Below, piece by piece: positions 28,244 to 42,400 of a stretch of 64,000 nt of DNA (position 1 is the stretch's first letter; the number at the start of each line of letters is the position of its first letter). The notes below the pieces were generated by a model, which was not told where the DNA came from, made no database searches, and saw nothing but the letters and a program-made list of their open reading frames with translations. Position numbers and translations under genes: made by a program. The stretch is from Eledone cirrhosa. Taxonomy: Eukaryota. The DNA lies in assembly GCA_964016885.1 (NCBI GenBank), contig OZ024740.1:103416001-103480000 (forward strand), written 5' to 3'.

Positions 28244-28958
28244 GATGAGATTCTACAGGACTAGAACTGTTTCATTCTTCAGAAATCATCAGGAATCTGG
28301 GTATCAAAAAATAATTATGGTATATATAGTTCTCTACAAGTGGTAAGAGAGGGTGGGGAGTGGGATGGGTGTAGGTCATTGGTTGACAGAATTCACTAGA
28401 AGCTAATTCTACAATGCTATAGTTTATTTTTATTTTTAGAGTAACAAAGGCAGAAAGAATTCTATAAACAGGTTCAGGATGGCATGCCAATACTTATTAA
28501 ACTAACAGATGTCTATAAAATCAGTGGGGGTCAGTCATGGTAGATAGATTTAAAGGAAAGGGAGATTCTTTAAAAGCTAAATTCTTTACTAAGTGACAAG
28601 GTTTAGAGAATTCTGTGGACAAATTCAAAATATTGAGTGCATATCTTACTATTGTCCTCAAATTTCTCTTAAACTATTCAACTATATGCCAAAATCAACA
28701 CACATTCACAAAACACACTCACTCATACACTCGTGCGCACCCATAGACACACCCACATACACATACACACATATATACATATATATATAAATACATATAT
28801 ATACACACATATACCCATATATATATATATATACATATATATACACACACATATATATACATATATACATATATATACATACACATATATATATATATAC
28901 ACACACAAACATATATACATATACATATATAAAAGTATACACACACAAATACCCATAT

Positions 28959-29010
<52 letters not shown>

Positions 29011-29374
29011 ATATACACACATATATACATATACATACATACATATACATACATACATATATACTCACATACATATATATATATATATATATACACACGT
29101 ACGCAGACGCACACACACACACACATACATATATACACATATATATATATACTCATATATATATATACATACATATATATACACATATATAGATATACAT
29201 ATATATATATAAACATATACATATATACACACAAACACACACATATATATATATATATATATACATACAGATACACATATACACACATATATATATATAT
29301 ATATACATACACATATATATATATATATACATACACATACATATAGATACATATATACACATACATACCTGCAT

Positions 29375-29417
<43 letters not shown>

Positions 29418-30716
29418 CACATATATATATATACATACATATATACACATACATACATACACACATGCACATACATAGACATACACCTATACATATATAT
29501 ACACATACATATATAAATATATACACACACATACATATGTGCACACATACACATACATACATAAACATACACATACATATACATACATACACACAAATAT
29601 GTACACTAACAAATAGATAAGTACTCAATAAATATACGCATATACACAGGCACATAAAAACAGCTCTACAGGCACAGAATGCAGATAGGTAAGAGGTACT
29701 CACATAACCATAGTGGCCGTATTTCAGGTTGAGGAGGGGTAGGGGGTAGGGTGGGAAGGAGGTATAAGGGCCAATAGGGGGAGGTCGTTTTTAGCCATCG
29801 GGCTTTAACACTGGCTTAAAGTGTTTGAAAGTTGCCTAGTTCTTGTGCATGCAGTTCGGGCAGTGTTCAGAGAGTTTGTTCAGTAGCGGGCCCTTGGCGA
29901 ATAGAATTTCGTAGCTCTCTGAGATACAAAGGTCGCAGCCCTTGTGTCCTCCGTTGTAAGAGCGCACTTTCTGGAGTATTTTCCATTTAAGTGTGAAGGG
30001 GGTGGAGTTCCTTTTGAGGTCCCAAACATAGGAGGCGAGTGTTGTCTGGTTTGATTTGTCCGGTCTTCTGAAAGAGTGGGTATGGGCATACCAACGGGTC
30101 TTAAAGTTGTTGGAGGTCATGCCGATGTAAGTTTTTTTGCAATCATCGGTGCCTGAGATGACATTGCATTTGTATACGATATAATTTGTGAGGCATTTGT
30201 TTTCAAGTAGGCATGCTTCCTTATTTAGGCAATTACACAGCGCCCCAGTCCGGGGATTGGGTTCGGAGGTGGTTGGCTTATTTAATTTTTTAGAATTGTG
30301 GTTGGCTATATTCCTAGCTAGGTTAGGTGTGGTGGAGTAGGAGAGTCTTATTGTGTTCTTATTAAAGAAGGTGTGGTACCTATGTTGTATGGGGAAGTGT
30401 AATTTCAGCAAAGTGAAAAAAATCCTAGCTATCAGTGTAGAGACCTCTCTATTGAAGGGAGGGTTGTACCAGCTAATCTGCCTATGTCTATTCCTCCTCT
30501 GCAATCTTGCGGTGGTTCTAGGTATGTTATCTTTTCTTTAAATCTGCTGCGGGCGAGGGCGTCATTGTAGTAGGAGGCAGATGCGTTAAAAATATCTTTG
30601 TTGGCGGAGAGATATTCTAATAGAGACGCTTTTTACTAGGTTATCAGTGATGTTTTGGGGGTGGTTTGAATTAACGTTAATATATCTAAGGAACTCGTTA
30701 GGTTTGTGATACGGGT
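28244..30716 (-). mobile_element. 5'-truncated Penelope-like element (RT thumb and GIY-YIG ORF 29836-30716, microsatellite-filled 3'UTR, terminal hammerhead)
   Basis: YINVNSNHP, ISWYNPPF, CNC…C…C, IVYKC…TYIGMT…FKTRW…H and CDLC motifs. Linkage of 28244-28700 to the ORF is inferred from orientation. Confidence 0.85.
28248..28298 (-). ncRNA. Type I hammerhead ribozyme
   Basis: Minus strand reads AGATTC-CTGATGA-TTTC-TGAA-GAAT-GAAA-CAG-TTCTAGTC-CTG-TA-GAATCT. Stem I is 6 bp, stem III is paired, and the cleavage triplet is GUA. Confidence 0.8.
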
Positions 30717-30827
30717 AATATAATGTATATATATATATATAATGTATATATATATATATATATATAATGTATATAATGTATATATATATATATATAAATA
30801 TATAATGTATATATATATATATATATA

Positions 30828-31667
30828 AAAACAAATAACGAAACGAAATTAAATTTCGTTTCGTTTGTAACTCACTTTTGTATGACTGACGCTTTTGTAT
30901 GACTGTGCTTTTACGATTCTCTAGAGAGGCCGGAGGATGGGTAAATATTGCTGATGTAACAACATCGAAACTAGTCCAATATTCCTGTCTGGCCCTCTGG
31001 AGAATAGAGGAAAGGTGTTTCCTCGAAAACCAGTATGACTTAAAAACCGGTTTGTCTGTGTGTTTACATACAGACTAGCTGAACACTCACAGTAAAGTGT
31101 CCAGTTAAAAACTCGGTACATCTACATATGTATACGTGTGTGTATTTATATGCATACTAGTATTTCAGTATACATATGTGGATGTACACTTCTAACTTAA
31201 TTGTTTAAGCGTCAGTCATACAAAAGTGAGTTACAAACGAAACGAAATTTAATTTCGTTTCGTTATTTGTTTTTATCGCTTCCGCTGAACCGGTACGTAC
31301 TCACGCTCTATGCAAATTAGTCTGCCCACTACTAATTTTCATAGAAAAAGCATATAACGATATGTGCTTTTACGATTCTCTAGAGGGGCCGGAGGATGGG
31401 TAAATATTGTTGATGAGATGTAACAACATCGAAACTAGTCCAATATTCCTGTCTGGCCCTCTGGAGAATAGAGGAAAGGTGTTTCCTCGAAAACCAGTAT
31501 GACTCTAAAAACCGGTTTGTCTGTGTGTTTACATACAGACTAGCTGAACACTCACAGTAAAGTGTCCAGTGAAAAACTCGGTACATCTACATATGTATAC
31601 GTGTGTGTATTTATATGCATACTAGTATTTCAGTATACATATGTGGATGTACACTTCTAACTTAATT
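30828..31667 (+). mobile_element. Non-coding tandem repeat (about 460-bp period) with two hammerheads and a 5' inverted segment; retrozyme/Penelope-derivative-like
   Basis: Direct repeat 30903-31203 versus 31362-31667. Hammerheads at 30944-30983 and 31403-31447. 30828-30895 is the reverse complement of about 31207-31275. Confidence 0.75.
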
Positions 31668-31690
31668 ATATATATATAAATATATAATGT

Positions 31691-32381
31691 ATCATCATCA
31701 TCATCATCAGGTTTAGCGTCCGTGTTCCACGCTTGCATGGGTTTGGACGGGGGTTTTCCCACTTGAGGCAAGAGTGGTTGTCTTGCTCGCATAGGACTGT
31801 CTGGCGGGTTTTCTACAGTTGGATGCCCTTCCTAACACCAACCACATTTACAGTGTGGGGCTGGGAGGTTTTTACCGTGTTGCCTACACGGCCACATTAC
31901 AGCGTGGACTGTCTGGCGGGTTTTCTACAGCTGGATGCCCTTCCTAACACCAACCACATTTACAGTGTGGGGCTGGGAGGTTTTTACCGTGTTGCCTACA
32001 CGGCCACATTTACAGCGTGGACTGTGTGTTTTTTTTTTGTCGTGACACCTACACGATCTCATTTGTTTCGGCCTGGATGTTGTGGGACCAACATAACTTT
32101 ACATTGAAAGGGGCGGTGTGGATGGGGTGGAGGTGGTGGGACGGGGGTGTGTTTTGATAGAGATGCCTACTGACTGTAGTAGGTTTTTACTTTGTATTTA
32201 GGTAAGGTGGGTCTTCTCTATTACTGAGTACCGCCAAAGGTCTCGGTCCAGTGACATTGTCTTGGAGAGGTGTAAGCGTGTGAGGTCGGAATTTATCAGC
32301 TCGTCCCATGTTTTTCTGCGTCTGCCTACTCCGTGGCTACCGTCTATCTTTATTGCCCTGCACTTTGTTATACAGCTGTCG
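31691..32381 (-). mobile_element. 5'-truncated RTE LINE family A, variant with a duplicated 3'UTR segment
   Basis: Tandem duplication of the ggactgtctggc…cggccacatt block. Tail variant catcaggtttagcgtcc. Confidence 0.92.
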
Positions 32382-32720
32382 TATGTGTGTATATATATGT
32401 ATGTGTATATATATATGTATGTGTATATATATATATGTGTATATATATATGTATGTGTATATATATATATGTATGTGTATATATATAATGGAAAAATTTG
32501 AACAGGGACAAAACAGAGAGGCAGTACAATAAATGTTTATTAATTTCACGCTCAGGAGAGTGGGGGTATGTATGTCTGTATATATATATATATATATATG
32601 TATGTGTATATATATATATATATGTGTATATATATATATATGTATGTGTATATATATATATATGTATGTGTATATATATATATATATGTGTATATATATA
32701 TATATGTATGTGTATATATA

Positions 32721-32851
<131 letters not shown>

Positions 32852-33189
32852 ATGTGTATATATATATATATATGTATGTGTATATATATATATATATGTA
32901 TGTGTATATATATATATATGTGTGTGTATATATATATATGTGTGTATATATATATATATGTGTGTATATATATATATATGTGTATATATATATATATATA
33001 TATGTATGTATATATATGTGTATATATATATATATATATGTATGTATATGTATGTATGTATATATATGTATGTATGTATATATATATATGTAGATATATA
33101 TATGTATGTAGATATATATATGTATGTAGATATATATATGTATGTAGATATATATATGTATTTAGATATATATATGTATGTAGATATAT

Positions 33190-33269
<80 letters not shown>

Positions 33270-33499
33270 GTGTATGTATATATGTGTATGTATATATGTG
33301 TATGTATATATGTGTATGTATATATGTGTATGTATATATATGTATGTATATATATGTATATATGTATGTATGTATATATGTATGTATGTAGATATATATA
33401 TGTATGTAGATATATATATGTATGTAGATATATATATATGTATGTAGATATATATAAATATGTATGTAGATATATATATATATATCTACATACATATAT

Positions 33500-34505
33500 A
33501 TATGTATGTAGAATTGAAATACTAGAGTGTGTTGGAGTTAAACACCCTCTTCGTATTATAGAAATGACAGTAAAGGTATAACTCAACGTAATTAAACAGA
33601 GCCGAAGAATTATGAAAATAAATCAAAGAAGCGTTCAATACATCAAAAGACTTTATTAGCCAACAATGTTTCATCCTATTAAGGACTCGTCAGGGCAATT
33701 AAAGCTATAAGAAGCACTATCAGCCAATACATGCCGAAAACTCAGAAGAATATGGAGTGTACATAGATTAAATCATAGGAAAATAATCGGGTAAAAATCA
33801 TCAAGTATAAAATTATCAAGTGCTAATTGCTAAGGAAGTAACATTTTGAACCATATTACAAATATAGTCCAATGCAAAAACTAGAGTTAAAACAGAGGTG
33901 GTGATATAGAGCGGGAATTATTGTACTATACATAATATAATATAATATAATATAATTAATAATGATAATAATAATAATGTTAAAAGGCCCAATATACATA
34001 TATATATACACACATATACACACATATATATATATATATATATACACACACATACATATATATCAATACACATTTTCATCAATAGAAGCACAAACTAACC
34101 CTTATCAAGAGTTTAAATATAAATAAGAATAATAATAATAAAAATAAAAATACAAATGAAAAATACAAATAAAATTAAAATATAATGCATATAATATTTA
34201 CAGTATAAAATGAAGAATAAATGATTAAAAGTAAGCATAAAATATATAATAAACTATATAATTATATAATAATATAATAGATAATCTCCGGTTAATTTGC
34301 ACAAACAATATAAATGTTACAATAACAACTAAAATCACAATATTATAATATAATGGCATATAACTTGACAAATCATATAGATTTACAGTCAGGGTGAGAA
34401 AAAAAATATTGTACAGAACTAAATTATATTGGAAAAATTATGTTGGAAATATATCAAAACCATTGCAAGAAAATAGATCAAATTTCTATACATTTGGTGT
34501 AAATA
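33500..34505 (-). mobile_element. Penelope-like 3'UTR/pseudo-LTR (copy 2) with hammerhead at 33651-33704
   Basis: Near-exact reverse complement of 20401-21405. Confidence 0.75.
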
Positions 34506-34942
34506 AATATATATATATATATATAATGTATATAATGTATATATATATATATATATATATAAATATATAATGTATATATATATATATATAAATATATAAT
34601 GTATATATATATATAATGTATATATATATAAATATATAATGTATATATATATATAATGTATATATATATATATATAAATATATAATGTATATATATATAT
34701 AATGTATATATATATATATATATAATGTATATATATATATAATGTATATATGTATATATATATAATGTGTATATATATATATATATATAATGTGTATATA
34801 TATATATATAATGTGTATATATATATATATATAATGTGTATATATATATATATAATGTGTATATATATATATATAATGTATATATATATATATATTGTAT
34901 ATATATATATATATATATATAATGTATATATATATATATATT

Positions 34943-34985
<43 letters not shown>

Positions 34986-35015
34986 ATGTATATATGTATA
35001 TATATATATATAATG

Positions 35016-35057
<42 letters not shown>

Positions 35058-35076
35058 ATGTATATATATATATATA

Positions 35077-35107
<31 letters not shown>

Positions 35108-35139
35108 ATGTATATATATATATATATATATATATAATG

Positions 35140-35173
<34 letters not shown>

Positions 35174-35400
35174 ATGTATATATATATAATGTATATATAT
35201 ATAATGTATATATATATATATATATATATATAATGTATATATATATATATATATATATATATGTAATGTATATATATATATATATATATATAATGTATAT
35301 ATATATATATATATATAATGTATATATATATATATATAATGTATATATATATATATTGTATATATATATATATATTGTATATATATTGTATATATATATG

Positions 35401-37183
35401 TCAGCGGCAGCGTAGTAAGTAAGGCAATCAGAGATATGAAGATAGGGAAGGCAACCGGTCCATCGGGTATAGCTGCCGAGATGCTGAAGGCATCTGGGTC
35501 TGTAGGTCACACTATAACCACACGTATCGTTAACCAGGTAATACTAGAAGGGGCCATACCAAAAGATTGGTGCAGTAGCATCATTGTCAACTGCTACAAA
35601 GGTAAAGGCGATGCACTAGATAGAGGAAACTATAGAGGTATAAAGTTGATGGACCAGGTCATGAAAGTAACAGAAAGAGTTATAGCACAGCTGATTAGGG
35701 ACCGGGTGAATATAGACGAGATGCAATTTGGGTTTGTACCAGGGAAAGGCACCACTGATGCCCTCTTCCTTGTGAGGCAATTACAGGAAAAGTACCTAGC
35801 TAAAAGTAAGCCACTCTACTTGGCATTTGTCGACCTTGAGAAAGCCTTTGACAGAGTTCCACGTGCAGTAATCTGGTGGGCTCTTAGAAAACTAGGAGTA
35901 GATGAATGGCTTGTGAAAGCGGTACAAGCCATGTATAGGGGAGCAGTCAGCAAAGTTAGGATTAGCAATGAGTATAGCGAGGAATTTAGCGTACAGGTTG
36001 GGGTCCACCAGGGCTCTGTTCTTAGCCCTCTCCTGTTCATCATAGTCCTGCAGGCAATAACGGAGGAGTTTAAGACCGGATGCCCATGAGAACTCCTGTA
36101 TGCTGATGACCTCGCACTCATAGCTGAATCTATGGTAGAACTAGAGAATAAATTCCAAACCTGGAAGCAGGGACTAGAGAGAAAGGGCCTCAAAGTCAAC
36201 ATGACAAAGACTAAGGTCCTTGTAAGTAGACGAGAAAACAGAACCCAGATCCCCTCAGGGAAATGGCCTTGCTCAGTATGTAGGAAAGGTGTAGGTAGGA
36301 ACTCCATTCTCTGCCCCAAATGCAAACAATGGGTACACAAGAGATGTAGCGGGATCTCTGGAAGCTTAATTAAGAATGTAGGATTCACATGCAGCAGCTG
36401 TGCTGAAACAGCAAGCAAACAGCCACAGGAAACAAGTACCACCAATCTCTGGGAGGGCCCTGTAGAAACAGTAGACAGCTTCTGCTACCTAGGTGACCGA
36501 ATTAGCAACGGAGGTGGGTGCTCAGAAAGTACAATAACTAGGGTAAGAACGGGATGGAAGAAGTTTAGGGAACTACTACCACTGCTAGCTGCAAAAGGCT
36601 TCTCCCTCAGAATGAAAGGCAGACTGTATGATGCGTGCAGGAGAGGCGGTTACGCTGGTATGGACATGTGATGCGTATGAAGCATGACAGCTGCATAAAA
36701 AGGTGCAGAGCACTAGAAGTTGATGGAAACCGCGGAGTGGGGAGACCCAAGATGACTTGGGATGAGGTGATAAAAGCCGACCTTACCCAACTACACCTCT
36801 CAAAGTCAATGACACACGACCGTGACATCTGGCGTCACGCAGTAATACAGGGTACCCGACCTCCCATGGGTACATGCTGAAGCATATAAACAATATGCCC
36901 CCACTCCCCCCACCGCAAGGTGGTCGTGGAGGTGCCACGGCAAAAAAGCACCCAGCCCACACTGTAAAATGGACGTGTAGGCGCCACGAAAAAGCACCCA
37001 GCACTCACTGTAAATGAGGTTGGTGTTAGGAAGGGCATCCAGCTGTAGAAATCAAGCCAGATCAGTTCCTGTATGAGCAAGGCATGGTCAGCCGACCAGA
37101 CACTGCCCACAACAGGACAACCCGTCTAACCCATGCTAGCGTGGAAGAACGGACGTAAAACGGTGATGATGATGATGATGATG
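35401..37183 (+). pseudogene. 5'-truncated RTE LINE family C, with a nonsense mutation and an internal deletion
   Basis: ORF pieces 35436-36089, 36132-36671 and 36635-36880. Distinct 3'UTR and (GAT)n tail. Confidence 0.92.
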
Positions 37184-37209
37184 TATGTATGTATATAGGT
37201 ATGTATATA

Positions 37210-38043
37210 CAGGGTGTTCGGGATACATTTGACAGAATAATATTTGGTTGTTTTTTCAGATGTTTTAAATTCATTCATGCCCACTCGGCTTTATTTGAAA
37301 GTTTAAACCCTCCTTCATTCATATATGTGATGACAACGAGAATGGATGACTGGGAGCCACCTGAATCATGGAAGAGAATAACTTGTATCATGATGATTCG
37401 CGCCGGCCATCAAAATAAGGAGATTATGGTCGCTGCTCAATGCTCCCTGAACACTGTAAAAACAATCCGGCATGAACTGGAGAATTGCAATGGAGACTAC
37501 GAGGCTGTGGCTAGAAGAAAGAAACATAACAGAAGATCTGATTGCTCTCGCACAGCAGAATTCATCGAAAATCTGCAGAAAAAAGTGTTGGAGGATCCTG
37601 GCATCGGAATTCGGTCTTTGTCGCGTGAATTGAATGTTTCAGCCTCTACTATGAAAATTGCACTCAATGAAGACCTTCGCTACTACTCATACAAGCGTCG
37701 CAGAGGTCAACTTCTCCCAGAAAAGGCCTGCAAAAATCGTCTGACAAAGGCGAAGAAACTTCTGAGCAAAGTGAAACATCCTGCTGAAGCACAAACAATC
37801 TGGTTCTTTTCCGATGAGAAAAACTTTTGCCAAGATCAAAAACACGACACGCAGAATAACAGATTACTTGCATACAGTCCAAAGGACACTCCTCGAGTCA
37901 TGCAGACTAAATTTTCCCAAACTGTCATTGTTTTTGGATGTGTGTCCTCCGAGGGTGATGTGATGCCTCCGCATTTTTTCAAACAGGGTCTCAGGTTGAA
38001 TTCAGATGCCTACGTGGAATTGCTAACCACTGTAGTTAAGCCC
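37210..38043 (+). mobile_element. Tc1/mariner-superfamily transposon (maT/DD37D-like), 3'-truncated; transposase from 37330
   Basis: TA followed by a CAGGGTG terminus. HTH region then WFFSDEKNF (first catalytic D) and MPPHFF. The rest of the catalytic domain and the right TIR are missing. Subfamily assignment is tentative. Confidence 0.85.
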
Positions 38044-38995
38044 AGAAAGGTTTATAGCATCGTTTTTTACCCATGATGAATCTAGCAGACCCACTCCTCC
38101 ACCTGGTCTCTTGAATACAACAAACATCGACCTCCTTACGTTCAAGCATTTCTACAACCTCGTTAGAGCGACCCTTTAAGGTGTCTACGTTCATGGTACC
38201 AACTCTGAAGTTTTGGATTGCGTTTGGAGGGTGGGAGCGGTGGGGCGCAAGGGGGATGGGGGAGATGGGGTTATGTTAGCCATCCGCGGCCGAAACAAAG
38301 AGGAGGAGTCCTTGCATTCTCGTCCATGAGGTGAATTTGTCTTTATCTTTGGCATTGTCACTGAGTGTCCAGAATTTTTTCTTTTCAAACTCTCCAGAAT
38401 CCCCTAGTCCATCCATCATATCGAAAGGCAACCAGGTAAGTGATAGCATAGGCCGCTGACTTATGATTGGCCCACGTAATAATGGTGGTGCGTGTGGGTG
38501 GGTGGGAGGGATATTGGGTAGTTAGCGAGAAGGTTAAGGTTTAAATAAGATCCCCGTATTTTGGGCATAATTTAACAAGCATAAAACAATAATACAAGAT
38601 TTGTTTTGAAAAATACGCTAGAATTATCGAATAGAAAAGCAAAGATTGGATTCGGGGGAAATGATACAGATTGATGAATGGACTAGGGAATTAAAATGGT
38701 GAGAAGAGTGAAGAAATATTTGTACGTCACATTACACCGTGATAGCAGCCTAGCCTGTCTAGGGTTGGCGATTTTTGAGGTTTCGTACTTGCAGGATTTA
38801 TTTTATATTTGGAGAGAGAGGAAGGGATTGGTGGCAAACCAGCATGATATAGAGGAGGGGGGGGGGGGTGAAGATAGGAGGGACCAGAGGTTAAGAGTTT
38901 AAATAAAGTCCTCGTATTTGGGGCATAATTTAACCAGCATAACAAAATATATAAGAAGATTTGTTTTGAAAATACGACAGAATTATATAAATACA
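38041..38995 (-). mobile_element. RTE family A 5' portion, including the probable 5'UTR
   Basis: 38041-38346 matches 42698-42981 (APE N-terminus) and continues about 650 bp beyond the point where the long copy ends. Confidence 0.75.
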
Positions 38996-39007
38996 TATTA
39001 TATACAC

Positions 39008-39414
39008 AAAGTAATAGAGAAGACCCGCCTTACCTAAGTACAAAGTGAAACCTACTACAGTCAGTAGCCACCTAACAAAATACACCCCGTCCCACTACCC
39101 CCACCTCATCCACACCACCCCTTTCAATGTAAAGTTATGTTGGTGTCGCAACATCCAGCCCGAAACAAATGAGGTCGTGTAGGTGTTACAACAAAAAAAC
39201 ACAGTCCACGTTGTAATGTGGCCGTGTAGGTAACACGGTAAAAACCTCCCAGCCCCACACTGTAAATGTGGTTGGTGTTAGGAAGGGCATCCAGCCGTAG
39301 AAAACCCGCCAGACAGTCCTATGCGAGCAAGACAACCACTCTTGCCCCAAGTGGGAAAACCTCCGTCCAAACCCATGCAAGCGTGGAATATGGACGTTAA
39401 ACGATGATGATGAT

Positions 39415-39415
<1 letters not shown>
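39008..39415 (+). mobile_element. 5'-truncated RTE LINE family A
   Basis: 3'UTR and (GAT)n tail. Confidence 0.9.
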
Positions 39416-39454
<39 letters not shown>

Positions 39455-39457
<3 letters not shown>

Positions 39458-42400
39458 TCATCATCATCATCATCAACGTTTAACGTCCGTGTTCCACGCT
39501 TGCATGGGTTTGGACGGGGGTAGTCCCACTTGAGGCAAGAGTGATTGTCTTGCTCGCATAGGACTGTCTGGCAGGTTTTCTACAGTTGGATGCCCTTCCT
39601 AACACCAACCACATTTACAGTGTGGGTCTGGGAGGTTTTTACCGTGTTGCCTACACGGCCACATTACAGCGTGGACTGTGTGTTTTTTTTGTCGTGACAC
39701 CTACACGATCTCATTTGTTTCGGCCTGGATGGCGCGGCACCAACATAACTTTACATAGAACGGGGTGGGGTCGGGGTGGTGGGACGAGGTGTATTTTGTT
39801 AGAGATGCCTACTGGCTGTAGTAGGTTTTACTATGTATTTAGGTAAGGTGGGTCTTCTCTGTTACTGAGTACCGCCAAAGGTCTCGGTCCAGTGACATTG
39901 TCTTGGAGAGGTGTAAGTCTGTGAGGTCGGAGTTTATCAGCTCGTCCCAGGTTTTTCTAGGTCTGCCTATTCCGTGGCTACCGTCTATCTTTATTGCCCT
40001 GCACTTTGTTATACAGCTATCAACTTTCATGCGCATCACGTGTCCATACCAACGTAGCCTTCTCTCGAGTAAACAACATCTGATCCCTCTTATTTCTAAT
40101 TTTTTCCTTAGTTCGTTTATGCTTTGCCGTTCACGTATATTACTGTTACACATCCAGCGGAGCATGCAAGCTTCGTTCCTCTCTAGTCTGCGTATATCCT
40201 CTGCACACAATGCCCAGGTCTCACTGCCATGCAACATTGCTGTTCGTATGCAGGCATCGTACAACCTGCCTTTCATTTTTAGGGAGAACCCTTTAGCAGC
40301 TAATAGTGGTATAAGCTCTCTGAACTTTTTCCAACCAGTTCTGACTCTAGCTACTGTACTTTCAGAGCACCCTCCCCCACTGCTGATTTTATCGCCCAGG
40401 TAACGGAAGCTGTCCACTATTTCTATAGAACCCTCTGCGCAATTGAAAGAGCTAGTATTTTGTGGGCACTTGCTGCTACTTATTGCACCAGAGCACCGGC
40501 CACATGTCAAATCTATGTTCTTAGTTAGCTTACCTGTCATCCCACTACATCTTTTATGCACCCATACTTTGCATTTAGGACATAAAATGGAGTTTCTACC
40601 TACGCCTTTCCTACACACTGAGCATGACCATTTCCCAGAAGGGACCGCCGCCTTATTTTCTTTCCTACAAACTAGAACTTTAGTCTTGGCTAGGTTAATT
40701 TTAAGTCCTTTTGATTCTAGGCCGTGCTTCCATGTTTGGAATTTCTTCTCTAGCTCGGCCATTGATTCAGCTATGAGTGTCAGGTCGTCTGCGTATAGGA
40801 GTTGCCATGGGCAGCCGGTCTTGAACTCCTCTGTTATAGCCTGAAGGGCAATAATAAATAGTAGGGGGCTGAGAACAGAGCCCTGATGGACGCCAACTTT
40901 TACGCTAAACTCTTCAGTATATTCGTTGTTAATTCTAACCTTGCTGACTGTTTCTTTATACATGGCTTGTATAGCTCTCACAAGCCATTCGTCAACGCCT
41001 AGTTTTCTAAGAGCCCACCAGATAATGGAGCGGGGGACTCTGTCGAAGGCTTTCTCCAAGTCGACAAAAGCTAAGTAGAGGGGTTTACCTTTAGCTAGGT
41101 ACTTCTCCTGTAGTTGTCGTACAATGAAAAGAGCGTCTGTGGTACTTTTGCCTGACACAAACCCGAACTGCATTTCATCTAGGTCAATTCTCTCTCTGAT
41201 TAGTTGCGCTATTACTTTTTCCGTGACCTTCATGACCTGGTCGATTAATTTAATGCTTCTATAGTTACTCCTATCTAGGGCGTCTCCTTTACCCTTATAA
41301 CAGTTAACGATGATGCTGCTATGCCAGTCCTTCGGAACAACCCCATTCTGTACGACTTGGTTAACTATGCGGGTGACCATGGTGTGTCCCACCGTGCCAG
41401 ATGCCTTCAGCATCTCAGCAACTATTTCTGAAGGCCCAGCCGCCTTACCCGTCTTCATATCCTGGATTGCCTTACTTATTATACTCCCCTCGACTAACAC
41501 TGCTGGTCCCTCTATTGGGTCGATATGGGGGAGACTGTCTTTCTCCCATTTATTCTCCTCATTTAGTAGCCTTTCATAGTGACACTTCCAAGCTACCTTC
41601 TTATCAGCGTCGGTGATGGCAAGTATGCCATCATCGTTAAGTACACACTTCTCCCCGACAATATCACGGTTTTCCTTGACGCATTGCCTAGCAATCCTGA
41701 ACACCTCACGTTTTTGGTCCTCGCGTTGTAGAACATGCTTGAACTTTCTTTCCTCTGCTTCCCTTCTTGCTAAGTACACTTGTCTCCTAGCTTCCCTCCT
41801 GGCCACTTGATAGTCTTCTCTACTTCCTCCATCCCTCCATACTTTCCAAGCCTTCTTTTTGGCCTTAATTGACCCCTCCACCTTACTGTTCCACCACCAT
41901 GTTACTCTCCTCCTGCCTACAGGCCTGCTCCAGCCACAGACTTCGTCTGTCGCCATCAGCAGGTTTGCTTTCAGAAATTCCCACTGTCCCTCTATATTGT
42001 CCGACTCTAAATGTTCTTCCTTACTGTCGAAAGCATCAAGTAATATGCTTTGAAATTTATTTCTGGCTGTGGGGTCCTTTAGCTTCCATATTTTTCTCCT
42101 GAGGATAGTCCTCTTCTGCTGTCGAGTACGTCTCGTCCTGACTATGAGGTCGCTAATTATCAGTCTATGTTGGAAGGTGCATTCTTCATGGGGGAGGGAT
42201 TTAGTGTTTACAACAGACACTCTGTCACGTCTTCTGGTAAGGATATAATCTACCTGGCTTGTGTGTTCCCCGGATCTATAGGTGATTGTCACGTTTTTTG
42301 AAGTTAGTGTTACAGATAGTTAGGTTATTTGCGTCACAGAATTCCAGGATTCTGGAGCCTTCCTCATTTCTAGTACCAAACCCATAGCCTCCATGGATTT

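Noticed and set aside
37189-38076. 295-aa ORF as an intact transposase
   Set aside because: The N-terminal extension runs through the TIR, and the C-terminus is replaced by RTE sequence before the second and third catalytic residues.
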